DNA of 64,000 bases from an uncultured Phycisphaerales bacterium. GTDB lineage: Bacteria; Planctomycetota; Phycisphaerae; Tepidisphaerales; Tepidisphaeraceae. Location of the stretch: the NCBI GenBank assembly GCA_963755915.1, contig CAVWLP010000002.1:3040001-3104000 (forward strand). Reading direction: 5' to 3'. The notes under the pieces are model-generated. The model searched no databases and was not told where the DNA came from. It was given only the letters and a program-made list of their open reading frames with translations. Position 1 is the stretch's first letter. Every line of letters starts with the position of its first letter. The translations under genes and the position numbers were made by a program. Positions 10,399 to 21,269 of the stretch are shown here, piece by piece.

Positions 10399-12122
10399 GG
10401 GGTGGACTCCCTTCGGCTCTGCTCAGGGCAGGCCTGTAAAGGTTGTGCGGCAGGCAAAGCCTCCGCTTGGGTGATTGCGTCGCGTACGAACTGTCCGTAA
10501 TCGGCCAGTCCGCGGATGATTGGATGTTCCTGAACAAACTCGAAGTGTTGTTGAACCGGTGCGCCGTTTTGGTGTTCGATGAGCTGCCGCAGGGAGCGCA
10601 GGTGATACGCGCCATGCCCCAGAGCAATCTCGCAGGCTCGTTCCACGGCCGGTCGCGGCTGCTGATTGGCCAGCGACAGCAGCCCCATCAACACGCGCAC
10701 GCCTTCGATGCCGCGATGCTGAAGCATTGACTGCGCCCACTGCGTGGCGTGCGGCCCGATGCATTCGATCCGCTGGAGAAGCCAGGTCGTTCCACGCTCG
10801 ATGCCGCTGATCTTCTCCGGCAGGATATGGGCGTCTTGCGTCGAGAACCTGCCCGGCGGACGCTGCGCGTGCAGAGCGATCGCACGCATCTTCTGATCGA
10901 ACAGCCGGACCGTGCGCCGTCCCACCGCGCCCAGACCCGCTGGCCCAAAAACTCCGGCGGGACCGAATAGTACGCCCCCTTGATCTCCACGTGCCCGTCG
11001 CGGTGAACACTGCGCAACGCCTCGGTGAAAAGATCGAATCGCACCGGCGGCAGAGCCAACAGTGCCGGCTTCTCTACCTGCTCGAAGACTTCCTTCACCT
11101 GCCGCCGCGTCGTGCCGTGGATGCGCGTGTCGGCCACGCTCTTCTCCCACGTCAGCAGATGCGCGTTCTGATCCGAGAGCGAGGCGAATTGCCGGCCTTT
11201 GAGAGCATTGCTCTTCACATAGCCGATGCCCCGCTCGATCTTCCCCTTGTGCCGCGGCGTGTACGGCTTGGTGGGCAGAATGGCGATTCCATAATGTTCG
11301 GCGAACGACCGGACCTTGGGACACAACTCCGCCTCGAACCAGTCCGCCCGCGTCACCGCCGCGCGAAGATTGTCGATCACCAGCGCTGACGGCATCCCGC
11401 CGAAGTGCGTAAAGGCATTTTCCAGACAACGCAGAAAATCATCGGTCGTCTGCCGCTCCACCGCCTCGGCGTACCCCTTGCGGCTGTGGCTCAGCACAAT
11501 GCGGAAGACCCAGGTTGCTTTGCGTTTGCCGTCAGGACCGACCAGGGCGCACCCCGGCCGAAGTCCACCTGCGCCTCGGCTCCCGGCTCGCATTCCATCC
11601 GGCGAAAGGGCGCCGGCGCGGCAGCCGAGAGCTTCTTGATGAACCGGCGCACGCTGTAATAGCTGCCGGCATAGCCGTGATCGCTGGAGATGTCTTGATA
11701 AATCCGCTGGGCCGTCAGCCCGGCTTCCAACTTCTGAACAATGACCTCACGCCAGGGCGATGCCGTACTGACCGACCCGATGGGCGCGCCGGATAACCCG
11801 GTGGCGCGCTCTCCGAGCCGCCTGCGGCGAGCACCGTCGAGCCGCCTGCGGCGAGCACCGTCGAGCCGCCTGCGGCGAGCACCGTCGAGCCGCCTGCGGC
11901 GAGCACCGTCGAGCCGCCTGCGGCGAGCACCGTCGAGCCGAGGGCGCGCTGGCCGGTTTTGAATCCGATCCGGGCGCCGCAGGATCGCCGCCCGACAACC
12001 GGATGTGGCGTCCAACGGTCTCCCGGTGAACGCCGAGTTGGCGGGCGATGTTCCGATTGGACCAGCCGCTGCGCAAGTGCCAAAATTGCTTGTACTTCCG
12101 CCATCTTGAGTTGATTGGCCAT
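10395..12122 (-). CDS. istA: IS21 transposase IstA, several frameshifts
   Basis: N-terminal HTH (IARQLGVHRETV), PGAEAQVDFG, LSHSRK, FGGMP..LVIDN, PRHKGKIER, RIHGTT, RDGHV...YSVP spread over overlapping ORFs. Confidence 0.9.
11815..11940. repeat. Perfect 24-bp tandem repeat (GAGCCGCCTGCGGCGAGCACCGTC x5.25) inside istA
   Basis: Five identical units plus GAGCCG, with no spacers. Confidence 0.95.
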
Positions 12123-12238
12123 CCCACCATTGGCTTGCGGCAACCGCCGAAAGCCAAGGTCGATAACCCAATCTCCTGTGCCTCAAAATGGCCGGTTTTG
12201 GCGCGCCCTCAATTGGCCGGTTTGTGCACCCCATGACA

Positions 12239-12328
12239 CTCAACCTCGAACAATTTCTCGAGATAGCTGGAAAGCGCCTGCGCAACCATCAGATGGTCGT
12301 CCGCCAGAAGGATTTTGAATTTATGCAT
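12239..12328 (-). pseudogene. NarL/LuxR response regulator, 5' part
   Basis: MHKFKILLADDHLMVAQALSSYLEKLFEVE joins in frame to GIVADG... once the IS and one TSD copy are removed. Confidence 0.9.
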
Positions 12329-12334
12329 AGGACC

Positions 12335-14406
12335 CTACTCCCGTGGAACCCAAGCTCGAATGGTGGTCCCCTTTTTGGGCTGGCTGTCGATTTGCAGACG
12401 ACCGCCAACCAGTCTAACCCGCTCGTCCATGCTGATGAGGCCCAATCCGCGCCGGGCGTCGGGACTGGTGGAATCGAAACCTCGTCCATTGTCACTTACG
12501 CTGAGTTCCAAACCGCCGTCCCGCGCGCAACTCGACCGTTGCGCCGGCCGCTTGAGCGTGCCGCAGCACATTGGTCATGGCTTCTTGAACGATGCGATAA
12601 AGGCAAACCGAGACGTTGGCCGGAACTTCCGAAATATCCTCATCCTTAGAAAACAAGACATCGATTCCGTGTTTTTGATGAATCTCTTCGCAACACGCGC
12701 GCAGTGCCGGAATGAGTCCCGCGTGCTGGAGCACCCCGGAATGGAGCCCGTGCGACAACTTACGGACTTCATCGGTCAAATCGCTGGCACGGGCCTGGAC
12801 AGCCTCAAGATCCCTGCGAACTTCCGAATTTTCGGGCATCCGGCGTTTTTCAGACTGCTGATGGCCATCGACAGGGCGGCAATCTGTTGGTTTACGTCGT
12901 CATGCAATTCACGCGCAACACGGGTTCGCTCAACCTCCTGCATTTCAATCAGCCGACCCGCGAGGTCACGATCACGATCCAGACTGGCGCGAGCGCCGCA
13001 TGACTGACGTGGATTCCTTCTTCGGCCTGTTTTCTCTCCGTGATGTCTTGAACTATAACGCTCACGCCAATGATGCCCGCGTCATCGCGAACCGGATAAT
13101 GACTTACCAGCAAGCAAAAATATTCCTTGTAATCCGGTCCGCGTCGGCCACTTACTTCGCGATTGATATCCGGCTCGCCCGACTCGATCACTCGCTTTTG
13201 CGTTGCCTCAGCGTGCTGAGCAAGGCTGGGGGGAAGAATCTCGTAGACCGAACGGCCGATATGTTCTTCCACGCTCAGCCCATGCGTCCGGGCCAAAAAC
13301 TCGTTGATGCCGACGTAAACTTGTTTGGTATTGAGAAAAGCCAGCCCGATCGGAGCGTGCCGATAAAGACCGGATAACTCCGCGAATTGCCGCTTAGATA
13401 CGGCGTCGCTGCGGTGAAGAACCGCGATGAGGTCCGTACGTTCATGGGCGAGCGCGGCGAGAGAAAGCATGGGCAACAAAACCGCCAGCAGAAAACACTG
13501 AATCGCAATAGCGCCATCGGCGGGCGGACCCATCGCGAAAGGACCTGATCCGGACAACATGCTGCGAATGGACAACACGCCGATCGGCAGAATTGCAAGG
13601 CATACCTCGGCAGGACCAAATCGCTTCGCTGCCCAGAGAACAAAAGGAAGAAACAAATAAAATAATGTCGGAAATGCAAGCGGCTGAAATCGTTCAAGCG
13701 ACTGAAACACAAGCCACGTCGTTAATATCAATCCCCCGAACACGATCATGTATTCGATCGCCCAGCCGATCGACCACGATTGTAACCAGATGTCGCCATC
13801 GATCAGTGGAGAAAACAACGCCATCAGAGGCGGCGTTAATAGGCTCAACGAAAGCGAACTGGATAACGCAATGGAGCGCCAGCATAACCAGAAATGAGGA
13901 GCCAGATGCCAGTAATAGCGGTAGGCCGCGGGCAGGATCGCGGAAACGATCGGGGCAACCCCGGCGCCGAATATGAAAAAGACGATGACGTTTCGAGGTT
14001 GTAAAAAAGAAAACCGCTTCGGACCGGAGAATTGCCGGATACTTATGGCGGCCAGCGACGCCAGGATGCAGTTATGGCCGAACTGAACGACCATAAGGGG
14101 ATACGGTGTTTCGTGCATCCATTGGGACAGGAGATGTGCCGGCAGCGCCGCGAGTAGAACATTCGGCCATCGCGCGACCGGCAACAATAAAAGCAAACTC
14201 ACCAGGACGGCATTCGGAGGCCAAACGATCCCGATCTGCCCTGAATACGGCGCGGCGGGAAGCTGCATCGCAAAACCCGCCAACGATCCGAGGAAGTATG
14301 TTATGAATGTGATTGCTGGAAATACAAACTTTGATGGTATTCCATACGGCGTGATCTTCCTCCGCTGTCCCCCAATGGCCTCGACCTGGATGGCCATGTG
14401 GCTCAT
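12335..14406 (-). CDS. MASE1-PAS-HisKA_3 sensor histidine kinase, frameshifted
   Basis: MASE1-like IVWPPNAVL and multiple TMs; PAS (APIGLAFL...VQDITERKQAE); SHGLHSGVL, LYRIVQEA, SDNGRGF, GLGLISMDER. Confidence 0.85.
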
Positions 14407-14658
14407 TTGAAACTCCGATCCGCCACGATTCACCCGCAAAAGAATAGTTAATATACTTTTGTTGCCGCGGATGTCACGAAATAAGTTCTCTGGCGACAGC
14501 GATTTAGCGTTACGTTGGCTCTCCAACCTGCGATGATGGGTTGACGCATCTTGAACCAGGTGATGAATTCCCACGCGAACCTCGCCCCCCAACAACGACC
14601 TGCCACGACGATCAGTCTCGATCCAATATCATCTAATTTCTCACTCACAGCCATGACT

Positions 14659-14674
14659 TCCGTAAAATTTCGGA
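14659..14674. promoter_or_regulatory. Palindromic TCCG-N8-CGGA site between the divergent kinase and beta-barrel genes
   Basis: TCCGTAAAATTTCGGA, with a weaker copy TCCGCATATTTCCGCT 24 bp downstream. Confidence 0.45.
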
Positions 14675-14774
14675 TAACGCATTCCGCATATTTCCGCTGT
14701 GATGCACAATTATAAATCCATATCCTCCATTGGGTTCGTTCAGGTCCTTGGTCAGTTCATAACGAGGTGCATCC

Positions 14775-15433
14775 ATGCCACGATTTGCATTTCTGATCGG
14801 TCTGTTCCTCGCGCCTGGCCTCGGATTGCGCAAATCATAGTTGAACCAACCACTCAAAACCAAGATTACAATTTCCAAACACCGACGTCGTCCTGGCAAG
14901 ATGAGGGGGGCGTCTCCGCCGGTTATTCCTATCTCGTCTTTGACCACGCACAGAACAATGCCTTCTATAATCGCAGCGGGCCCTATATCGACGTCAACGC
15001 CGATGTGCCAATCCGGAGCTTGAACCTGCCCATCATCATTGGGATCGGCATCACCGCCTCTGGGTATTTCGCGAGCTCCGGCTATTACGGCTTCGAAGAT
15101 CTTTACTCCAGAGTGGATCTCATTTCGTTGGAGCCGCGAATCGCTCTCCCGATTACTCTTTTAGGCGACCAAGATGGCGGCCTGTTTGTGATGCCGCGCA
15201 TCGGTGCGGGAGTTATGTTCGATGATTATAGCGTTCAAACACCTTTCGACACCACCGATTATCACACCGGCGTGGCATTCGAAGTGCGGCCATCCATCGA
15301 ACTAGGTTATCGCTGGCGACTGGCCACTTTCGCTCTTGAAGGTTCTTACATGGCGGCTTGGGGAAGTTTCGGAGCGTTTGGAACCGTTGCCGAGGAACTT
15401 CGAGCCGGCTTGGTGTTTTCGTATCGGTTCTGA
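14775..15433 (+). CDS. Outer-membrane beta-barrel protein, probable frameshift in the signal peptide
   Basis: GAGG RBS and MPRFAFLIGLFL signal; amphipathic strands; C-terminal LVFSYRF. Confidence 0.7.
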
Positions 15434-15752
15434 TTCAAGCAAGTGATTTGGAAGATCGCGCAGTCAACGCGATCTGTTGCCATTAACTCGGTCTAATGCA
15501 AGACAGTGTGAGGTTTATTGATCCCAAATCTCCCAATTCGTGCCTTGCCCGCGTCGTCCCTGATCTGCTGCATTGCTCTGCTCGCGATCGCGCAGACCGC
15601 GCCCACTACACAGCCGACAACACTCGCGCGAATTCCCGCGGGCCTGAGTAGGATCGCGCGAAGCTTAAGCCGCGGTCCTCGCCCGCATGATTAACGTGAC
15701 GAGAGGAATAGTGCGATTGCCGGCAAGCTCTGGCAGAGAAAGGAGGCCGAAA

Positions 15753-16942
15753 ATGAGCATGTCGTCTGCGGCCGCGGCCCATGACTCGTCGGATTATTCG
15801 ATGGTCCTGGGAGGTCCGCTTTACCAGTTATATTTGCGGGCGCATCGTGCGGCCCCCCTTGGAGCTGTTGGCGCTGCGCATCGTCGTCATCACCCTAGTT
15901 ACCTGGGTGCCGTTGCTCGTACTCAGCGTGATTTCCGGGCTCGCTTGGCGGGGCGCGGGTGCCATTCCTCTACGACATTGAGGTTCAGGTCCGTTTTTTG
16001 GCTTCCCTCCCTCTGTTGATCTTCGCCGAGGTGCTGGTCCATCGGCGGATTCGCCCGATCATTATGGAATTCGTCGAACGCGGGATCATCACTCCGGAAG
16101 TGCGGCCATCGTTCGACAGAATCATCGACTCGGCGATCCGGTGGCGGAACTCCGTCACAGCCGAAGTCGTGTTAATTCTGCTCGTATCGACGGCCGGGTA
16201 TATGCTGTGGCGGAACCAGGTTGCGCTGCGGACGACCACTTGGTACGCCGACCCAACCGCCTCGGGCATGCACCTGACCCTACCGGGCATTTATTATGCG
16301 TACTTCAGCATGACGATTTACCGGTTCATGCTGTTCCGGTGGTATTACCGGCTGATCATCTGGTTCATCTTTCTATGGCGCGTGTCGCGCCTGCCCCTGA
16401 AGCTGATTCCGACGCATCCGGACCGTACGGGCGGACTGGAGTTCCTGCAAGGCGGCGCATACGCGATCACGCCGGTGTTCGTTGCTCAATCCATGTTTAT
16501 GGCCGGCGTATACGCAAATCGCATCTTTTATGAGGGCGCCAGCTTCTACACGTTTCGGATCGAAATCGTGGCCATCATGTTGATCTTCATGCTGCTCGCC
16601 CTCGGACCGCTGATGGTGTTCGCGTCACGGATCATGGACTGCCGACGCAAAGGGCTGATCGAATATGGGAAACTGGGCAGCGACTACGTTCGCGACTTCG
16701 AGCGAAAGTGGATCTCCGACCGGAAGGAAGTCCATGAGCCCCTGCTCGGCACTGACGACATTCAATCCCTGGCCGATCTGGCTAACAGCTTTGAAATCAT
16801 CCGTAGTATGACCGGCCTGCCGTTCGGAAAAGAGACCGTTCTCAGGCTGGCCCTCATGATCTTGCTGCCCTTATTGCCGCTGGTGCTCACCGTCATCCCG
16901 CTTAGCGAGGTGATCAGTCGGTTGTTCAAGGCGATGCTCTAA
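15753..16942 (+). CDS. Conserved hypothetical membrane protein, frameshifted near the 5' end
   Basis: AAGGAGG RBS; SMVLGGPLYQL, PTHPDRTGGL, DIQSLADLANSFE; several TM helices. Confidence 0.75.
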
Positions 16943-16992
16943 CAGAAAAAGACGACCTGGATCGATGGAAGACAATTCAGTCGGGAGGATCT

Positions 16993-18205
16993 ATGCGATG
17001 CGTCATTTTCAGATGGGCGGCCTGTTTGCTGCCTCTGTTTGCCGTTGCCGGATGCATTCTGAACGGTTGCACGAGCGAGACGCGCGCTCCGCAAACCCAG
17101 GCGCAGCTTTTGGAACTGGCGCCAACACGGATGCGAGTTTCGCGACGGAAACCCGGGAGATGATGGGCCGCCTGCTCGCCCGCACCAAGGCCCAATACGA
17201 CCAATACACCTCAGGCAAGAGGCTGCGGCCGCCCCAAATCGATATGCTGATCATTTCCGGCGGCGGGGATTGGGGCTCCTTTGGGGCGGGATTCCTCAAA
17301 GGGTGGGAAAGAATCTCGGCTGACGATCCGATGGCGATGCCGCAATTCACCGCCGTGACTGGCGTCAGCACCGGCACGCTGATCGCGCCATTCGCGTTCC
17401 TCGGAGACCCGCAATCCATCGAGACAATCGATCACCTTTATCGAAATCCCCAGCCCGACTGGGTGAAGCGCGCGGCTGGCTTTACTTCCTGCCCAACAAC
17501 ACCTCATTCGACGAAATCCCCGGACTCGAACGTGAGCTTCGTCAGCATGTGACCGACGACCTGGTTCGCCGCATCGCGCATGCTGGCGCCGACGGGCGCG
17601 TGTTGGTAGTCGGGGCGTCGAATATCGACGATGATAGTCCGCGCGTTTTCGATCTCGTCGCCGAGGCCCACCGCGCTGTCGAAGAGAACGACTTCGAGCG
17701 GATCAGGGAAATCCTGCTCGCCTCGGCCGGGATTCCTGGAGTGTTTCCGTTTCGAATCATCGACGGCCAGATGTACGTTGACGGCGGCATAACAGGCAAC
17801 ATCGTTTACGGTGGGCGCATTGAGGAGAAGGACAGTTTCCAGGCCACGTGGCAGAACGCCTATCCGAACACGCCGATCCCCAGGATGCGGATCTGGGTGA
17901 TCTTCAACAATCAATTTCGTCCGCCGCCGCAGGTGATAGAACCACGTTGGCCGGCGGTCATTCAGCGCAGCTTGGAGTTGGGGACCCGCGCTTCCACGGC
18001 GACGGCGCTGCGGCACCTCCTGGCTATCGCGGAGATCTCGCGGCTGAAACGCAACGCGGACATCGAAGTACGAATCGTCTCGATTCCGGAGGACTGGTCC
18101 CCGCCCGTGGAGGGGACCTTCGTCAAGAAAAGCATGAATGCCTTGGCCGACCTAGGAGAGAAGATGGGCGCCAACCCCGCAAGTTGGCAAACCGAGGTGC
18201 CCTAA
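16993..18205 (+). CDS. Patatin-like phospholipase lipoprotein, frameshifted
   Basis: ISGGGDWGSFGAGFL, GVSTG nucleophile, ASAGIPGVFP, YVDGG; lipobox AVAGC. Confidence 0.85.
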
Positions 18206-18674
18206 ATGCCTCGACTGTTACGACGACGGCGACCACAAATCGACGATAATAGCACGCTTTGCAGCAGACCGTTGATGCAGCCAAACCTTATTTACAGAGT
18301 GGCAGGGACTAGAATTTCGACCGCGAAATTTAAGGAATGGCGCGTCTTATCCAGCACGCTCATTTGGAAATGTTCGAAATTAAGAAGAACGTTGAGCGCT
18401 ACTTTCGACTGGGAACCGGCTACTGTTGCCCGATAAAACTACATATATGAGCAATTGCTGCTTGAGGAGCGGGGAAAATGAATTTGCGTAGGCGCACCGC
18501 TGGCCAAGATGAATATGGGCTATCAAAATGAACAGTCAGAAGGCAGTCCGGACCACCCGGCAATGATTTCCATCAACGCTGATGGCAGAGGCGTCGCTGC
18601 AGAAGACGAAACTGCACCAGATTCTGCACCACCCTTGAATACGACCCCTTGTTTTTCCGGCGATTCTTGAATAA

Positions 18675-18695
18675 GTTCAAATCCTGTATCGCCCA
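18675..18695 (+). other. tRNA-Val-like 3' fragment, probable att site of an island lying to the left
   Basis: GTTCAAATCCTGTATCGCCCA = T-loop plus acceptor 3' strand; no D or anticodon arm upstream. Confidence 0.7.
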
Positions 18696-18893
18696 ATCCG
18701 GCAATTCGACCTCCCCGGCCAAAGGGGCGGAAAATCCGATTGCCGCGCGGGCATCCGGATGCCCCGGTTTTGCGGCATTTACCCCGCTCACGATCGCGAA
18801 CGAATCTTGCTTGCGAGCGCCCCTCTGAACCTGCTAAAATAGCTGAATATTCAGAGGGTTTCGCGTTTTTCGGTTTCTTGCAACTGGAGCAGC

Positions 18894-21269
18894 ATGACGA
18901 TCGGCAGGGCCATCCGGTGGTTGCTCGCCTGGGGGGCTGCTTTGGTCGTTATCGGGTCGTTTATTTCAGTCGGTATTCGCGTCTGGCGGGAGCATGATCC
19001 GTCCGATCGCCGCACCAATATTATCGTCCTCCAGTGGGGCGATCCGTCCGAAGAGGCGATCGTCCGCAATATGGTCGCCCAATACGAGCGCGATCATCCC
19101 AACATCAAAATCACCCGCGTTCACGCGGATGGGCCCGATTATGCTTCGAAACTCAAGACGATGCTGGCATCGGGAGATCCGCCGGATTTGTTTTATCTCA
19201 GCTACGAGTTCGTTCCGGAATTTGCCAGGATGCACCTGTTGGCCGACCTTGGGCCGCAGATCGCAGGGTTGGCGGATGGCAAGCAGTGGCTGGGCGGATT
19301 TTATCCAATTCTGCTCGACGCCTTCCGGTTCGACGGACAGAAAATCGGTCGGGGGCCTCTGTATGGCATACCCAAAGATTTCTCGACGATGGTGATGTAC
19401 GTGAACTGCGACCTGTTTGCCCGCGCGGGCATCTCGGTTCCGTATGGCGGCTGGACCTGGGACGAGTTTGAAGTGGATTGCCGCAGGATTTCCGCGCTTC
19501 CGCCCGACGCGGCAGGGCCGAATTACGGGGGGGCGCTCAACACCTGGCCCCTGATGCTTCAGAACATCGTGCAGTGCTACGGCGGAGATTTTTTCAACGG
19601 GTCTGACTTCCGCCACATGATCATCGATTCCCCACAGGCAGTTGCGGCGCTCGGCATGATTCAGCGGACACGCTTCCAGGACCGCTCGGTCTATCCTGCG
19701 GCGGGCCCGGCGGCGGCGGATAACAATGTCCAGCTTTTCTATACCGGTAAGATTGCCGCCATCGGACCGGTGGGGCGGTGGGAAACGCCCCATTTCCGGG
19801 GCACCGGACCAGGCGATCCCGGCATTACCAAGTTCCACTGGGACATCGTTCCCCTGCCGCACCAAAAGCGAACGATTTCCGATATTGCCGTGGTCGCCTG
19901 GGTCATGTCCTCACAGGCCAGGCACCCGAAAGAAGCCTTCGATGTGCTGCATTTCCTCACCGGCCCGGATGGACAGGCGATGGCGGCGCACCTGGGGCTG
20001 GCCATTCCCTCGCTGAAAGCGGTCGCGCACAGCGACGCGTTTCTCAATGGCAAGCCAGATCACACTCAGTTGTTCCTCGACGCCGTAAATGACGGACATA
20101 TCTCCCAGTTTCCTGCCGAGCAGGAATACGAGCAGGACATGACCGATGAACTCGCCGGATGCATCGAGCTGAATACGCTTCCGCCGGCGCAGGCGGCCAA
20201 AAACCTTGCCGCGCGGTGGGATCGGGAGATGTCCTCGCCGCTGAAGCGCGACGATTATCCACGGATGAACTGGCGGCTGGTGGAGATCGTCGCCGGGCTG
20301 GCGATTCTGGCCGTGGGCTCTATCGCCTGGCTCGCCAGCCGGCGGCAGAAACTGGGCGTCCTGGATAAAAAAATCGAGCGCACCGGGTGGCTTTTCGTTT
20401 CGCCCTGGGTGATTGGTTTTCTGGCGCTGACCCTGGGGCCGATGGTGATGTCGCTGCTCCTTTCGCTGACGCGGTGGACGGCGATGACGCCGATCAGTGA
20501 CGCGAAATTTGTCGGCCTGGACAACTACAAGGTGATGGCCCACTTCGACGAGGATTTAATCCCGTCGCTGCGCGTGACCGCCTACTTTGCGCTGCTTGCC
20601 GTTCCCCTCGGACAAATCGCGGCGCTGGGCGTGGCAATGCTGATGAATACCAGGGTGAAGGGTATTACGGCATTCCGCACCATTTATTATGTTCCGACGC
20701 TCGTTGGCGGCGTGACGATGGCTACGATCTGGCTTTGGCTTTTCGACAAAGATTACGGCCTGATCAATCACCTGCTGATGCCGATCGCGCGGTTCTTTGG
20801 CACTACGCCGCCCGACTGGTTGCATCAGGATGCCTATCGGTGGGGGGTTCCGGCGTTTGTCATCATGAGCCTCTGGACGGTGGGCGCCGGGATGCTCACC
20901 TATCTGGCGGCCCTGAAAAATGTGCCGGGCTCGCTTTATGAAGCGGCCCACATCGACGGGGCGGGGATGATCCGGCAATTCTTTGCCGTGACGATCCCGA
21001 TGATCTCGCCGCTGATCTTTTTTAACCTCATCATGGCGATCATCGGCAGCTTCCAGGTCTTTGCCCAGGTCTACGTGATGACCAAGGGTGGGCCCAATGA
21101 CGCCACGCTCTTTTATGTGCTTTATCTCTATCGCCAGGCGTTTGATTTCCACAACATGGGATATGCCAGCGCGCTGGCCTGGTTGTTGTTTGTGCTGGTG
21201 CTGCTGCTGACCCTGGCGGTGATCCGCGGCAGCCGGCGGTTTGTGTATTACGAGGGTTTGAAAGCATGA
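18894..21269 (+). CDS. Sugar ABC transporter: solute-binding protein fused to permease
   Basis: SBP_bac_1-like (PPDLFY, YGIPKD, WTWDEF) followed by permease GWLFVSPW, FVGLDNY, LYEAAHIDGAG. Confidence 0.9.
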   Translation: MTIGRAIRWLLAWGAALVVIGSFISVGIRVWREHDPSDRRTNIIVLQWGDPSEEAIVRNMVAQYERDHPNIKITRVHADGPDYASKLKTMLASGDPPDLFYLSYEFVPEFARMHLLADLGPQIAGLADGKQWLGGFYPILLDAFRFDGQKIGRGPLYGIPKDFSTMVMYVNCDLFARAGISVPYGGWTWDEFEVDCRRISALPPDAAGPNYGGALNTWPLMLQNIVQCYGGDFFNGSDFRHMIIDSPQAVAALGMIQRTRFQDRSVYPAAGPAAADNNVQLFYTGKIAAIGPVGRWETPHFRGTGPGDPGITKFHWDIVPLPHQKRTISDIAVVAWVMSSQARHPKEAFDVLHFLTGPDGQAMAAHLGLAIPSLKAVAHSDAFLNGKPDHTQLFLDAVNDGHISQFPAEQEYEQDMTDELAGCIELNTLPPAQAAKNLAARWDREMSSPLKRDDYPRMNWRLVEIVAGLAILAVGSIAWLASRRQKLGVLDKKIERTGWLFVSPWVIGFLALTLGPMVMSLLLSLTRWTAMTPISDAKFVGLDNYKVMAHFDEDLIPSLRVTAYFALLAVPLGQIAALGVAMLMNTRVKGITAFRTIYYVPTLVGGVTMATIWLWLFDKDYGLINHLLMPIARFFGTTPPDWLHQDAYRWGVPAFVIMSLWTVGAGMLTYLAALKNVPGSLYEAAHIDGAGMIRQFFAVTIPMISPLIFFNLIMAIIGSFQVFAQVYVMTKGGPNDATLFYVLYLYRQAFDFHNMGYASALAWLLFVLVLLLTLAVIRGSRRFVYYEGLKA

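Larger units (their letters stand above)
9386..12238 (-). mobile_element. Complete IS21-family insertion sequence (2853 bp) with 6-bp target duplication CTCAAC
   Basis: TG...CA ends; imperfect IRs TGTCACGGGGCGCACCAAAACC / TGTCATGGGGTGCACAAACC; subterminal CAAAACCGGCCA repeats; CTCAAC at 9380-9385 and 12239-12244. Confidence 0.95.

Noticed and set aside
11815-11940. CRISPR array
   Set aside because: Units are contiguous with no spacers, lie inside istA, and no cas genes are present
10395-12122. Programmed frameshifting in istA
   Set aside because: Multiple scattered indels match the window-wide error pattern
18620-18695. Complete tRNA-Val gene
   Set aside because: Only the T-loop and acceptor 3' strand are present; the upstream sequence does not form the rest of a cloverleaf
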